Assembly: GCF_000315625.1 (NCBI RefSeq)
Contig: NW_005434627.1
Location: 69,175 to 133,174, forward strand
DNA length: 64,000 nt
Direction: 5' to 3'
From: Guillardia theta CCMP2712
Taxonomy: Eukaryota > Protista > Cryptophyta
Shown: positions 61,681-64,000 of the stretch, one piece after another
Layout: the number at the start of each line of letters is the position of its first letter
Numbering within the stretch: position 1 is the first letter of the stretch
Program-made: the position numbers and the translations under genes
The notes under the pieces: model-generated
Told to the model about the DNA's origin: nothing
Database searches by the model: none
The model's input: the letters and a program-made list of their open reading frames with translations, nothing else

Positions 61681-64000
61681 ATGCGCCATACCTTCCCAGA
61701 AAGAGGAGGGTGGGGGCTACTGACCCTCCTCCTGACCCTGACGCTGACCGGGAGCTCATCCGACGTCCCCCCCTCGCAACTTCATCCTCCTAGTGCCTGC
61801 TGGATCAGGACGGTCTCGCTGGGATCCGTGCGAGGGAGGAGCATGAAGGTTTGCAATGTCCCCGTCAGGCACGCGAGGGAGGAGCGGTGTAGGAGACTGG
61901 TCATGCAGATGGGAGAGAAGGAGCTCGTGGCCGCCAACAGCACGTCTGTGCCCTGCATGCCTCCTCTGCCCACAGCAGCCTCGAAGCCCAGCAGGAAGAA
62001 GGGGAGCGAGGTGCTCATGACCCTCGATGAGCTGCTGGCTAAGGTACGCAGCTACTGCACTTCCCCGGACGAGGAGATGATCAGCAAGGCCTTCTACTTC
62101 GCTCAGAGGATGCACGAGGGGCAGCTGCGTCGGTCAGGAGAGCCGTACTTCATCCATCCCGTCGGGGTGGCGAGCATCATAGCGGACATGAAGCTCGACT
62201 CCGCCTCCATCGTCACTGGCCTGCTGCACGACACAGTGGAGGACACCTCTGCCTCGCTAGAGCTGATACAGCAGGAGTTCGGGTCGGAGGTGGCGCAGCT
62301 GGTCGACGGGGTGACGAAGATCGGCAAGATTCAGTTCACGTCCAAGGAGGAGCAGCAGGCAGAGAACTTCCGCAAGATGATCGTCGCCATGGCCCGCGAC
62401 ATCCGCGTCATCCTCGTGAAGCTGGCGGACAGGACGCACAACGTCCGCACCCTCAAGTTCGTCCCTGCGCAGAAGCAGAAGGAGGTGGCGAGAGAGACGC
62501 TGGACCTGTATGCTCCCCTCGCTCACCGCCTCGGCATTTTCTGGATGAAGACGGAGCTGGAAGATACGAGCCTGCGCTACCTCGAGCCCGAGGTCTACGA
62601 GGAACTCAAGATGATGGTGGCGGCGAAGAAGGAGGAGCGGCAGGTCGCTCCTCTCCTTCTTGTGAGCCTGCGGTACCTGACGGTGAAGCTGCAGGCCTAC
62701 ACCAACGAGGTCATGGAGATCTTGGAGAAGAGCCTGGTGGACCAGGGCCTTACCAACGTCGTGGTTAGTCCTCCTTCCCGCCCTCCTCCGTCCTTTGCTT
62801 CCTCTTCCCATATCCATTCCCCTCTTCCTTCTTCCTTCCTTCCCTTAGCTTCCATTCATTTGAACCCTTCGATCCGCTCCCCTCTCTCGGCTTTCTCTGC
62901 TCCTCCAAACCCTCCTTGCCTTCTCTTCCGCCCTCCCTGTCCTGCCCTTCATCTCCCTCATGCATGCCCTCCATCCCCCTCCTCCTCTCTTGGCTCATCG
63001 CAGACGCAGGTGACTGGCCGAGCGAAACATTTCTACTCCATCTATCAGAAGATGAGAAGCCGCAGGTACACGCCTTGCACCAGCTACACGCCTTGCACCA
63101 GCTACACGCCTGTGTTGGAACTGCAGGAGGCTGACGGTCGATCTACTTGCAGGCTGAAGCATGTCAGCGAAGTGCAGGACCTGATAGCGTTCAGGATCTT
63201 GACCGACGACCTGAGTCAGTGCTACCAGGCCCTCGGCATCGTTCACAGCATGTGGAAGGTAAAGCATAGCGGCCAACAAAGTGCGATCATGCTAAAATTC
63301 TCCTCCTTCTTGCTATACTCCGTCCTCTCCTCCTCCTCTCTTCCTCCTTCCTCTCTTCCACTCCTCCTCTCCCTTGCCCCCGTCTACTGCAGCCTGTCCC
63401 TGGGAGGTTCAAGGACTACATCGCGCTCCCGAAGCCCAACATGTATCGATCGCTCCACACGACCGTCATCGGGCCTGGTGGCCAGCGCATCGAAGTTCAG
63501 ATCCGGACGTCGGAGATGCACCGTGTAGCAGAGGAGGGAATAGCTGCTCACTGGATGTACAAGGTACCCCTCCCAACCCTCCTCCATCCTACCCCTCCTC
63601 CCTCCTCCCGTCTCACCTCCTCTCCCTGTTCCGTATCTTCCAGCTCTGTCCCTCCTTCCTCCCTCCTCTCCCTCCCTCTTGAACCTTCAGTTTCCTCGCT
63701 GCTGTTCCCTGCAACTTCCGTACTCCTAGCTCCCCGTAACTTCTCCCTCTCCTCCCGCTCTCTCGCTCCTCCTTCCCCTCCGCGTCTCTCACGTCCTCCA
63801 TCCCCCAGGGAGAATCCAAGGGTGTGGAGGAGGCGCGCAGGTTCGCATGGCTGAGGCAGCTGGTCGAGTGGGTGCAGCAGCTCAACGACCCTCAAGAGTT
63901 TCTGCACAGCGTAAAGGAGGTGAAAGCGAATGACCTCTCCTGCTGGTCCTGACTTGCTCCTCCTCTCTTCTTTCTTGTTCCTCCTCCTCCTCCTCCTCCT
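61681..64000 (+). CDS. RSH: Long RelA/SpoT homolog, (p)ppGpp synthetase/hydrolase with bipartite-like presequence; runs off window
   Basis: [81 protein letters not shown]…[12 protein letters not shown]; hydrophobic [13 protein letters not shown] plus S/R-rich N-terminal extension. Confidence 0.95.

Overview
Eukaryotic, gene-dense nuclear DNA with many short (~45-60 nt) GT-AG introns carrying CTGAC/CTAAC branch points, microsatellite-filled longer introns and five N-gaps. The style (bipartite plastid-targeting presequences, minimal RWP-RK genes, intron structure) suggests a cryptophyte such as Guillardia or a relative; this is inference. About 19 genes can be read by manual splicing: p47/NSFL1C (UBA-like+SEP), two RWP-RK factors, a kinesin, two EF-hand proteins, profilin, two tandem single-domain voltage-gated cation channels (PH + 6TM + EF-hand, TGDxW filters), a signal-peptide TPR/GT41 (OGT/SPY-like) protein, PEX11, a golgin/pericentrin-like coiled coil, a CENP-B-type HTH gene missed by the ORF track, a PDZ/coiled-coil/ARM gene, an organelle-targeted RelA/SpoT homolog and several orphans. 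The most striking signals are: (1) the PH-domain-fused single-domain channel pair; (2) recurring intergenic GC/CpG-rich blocks made of short palindromes and hairpins, usually followed by an AT-rich edge and a TACCC(C)TACCC-rich tract before the next gene start; (3) a 5'-truncated CRE-like RLE non-LTR retrotransposon relic whose 3' end occurs seven times, always in or beside these blocks, with one copy directly behind another. Exon boundaries were assigned by eye and gene ends are approximate.
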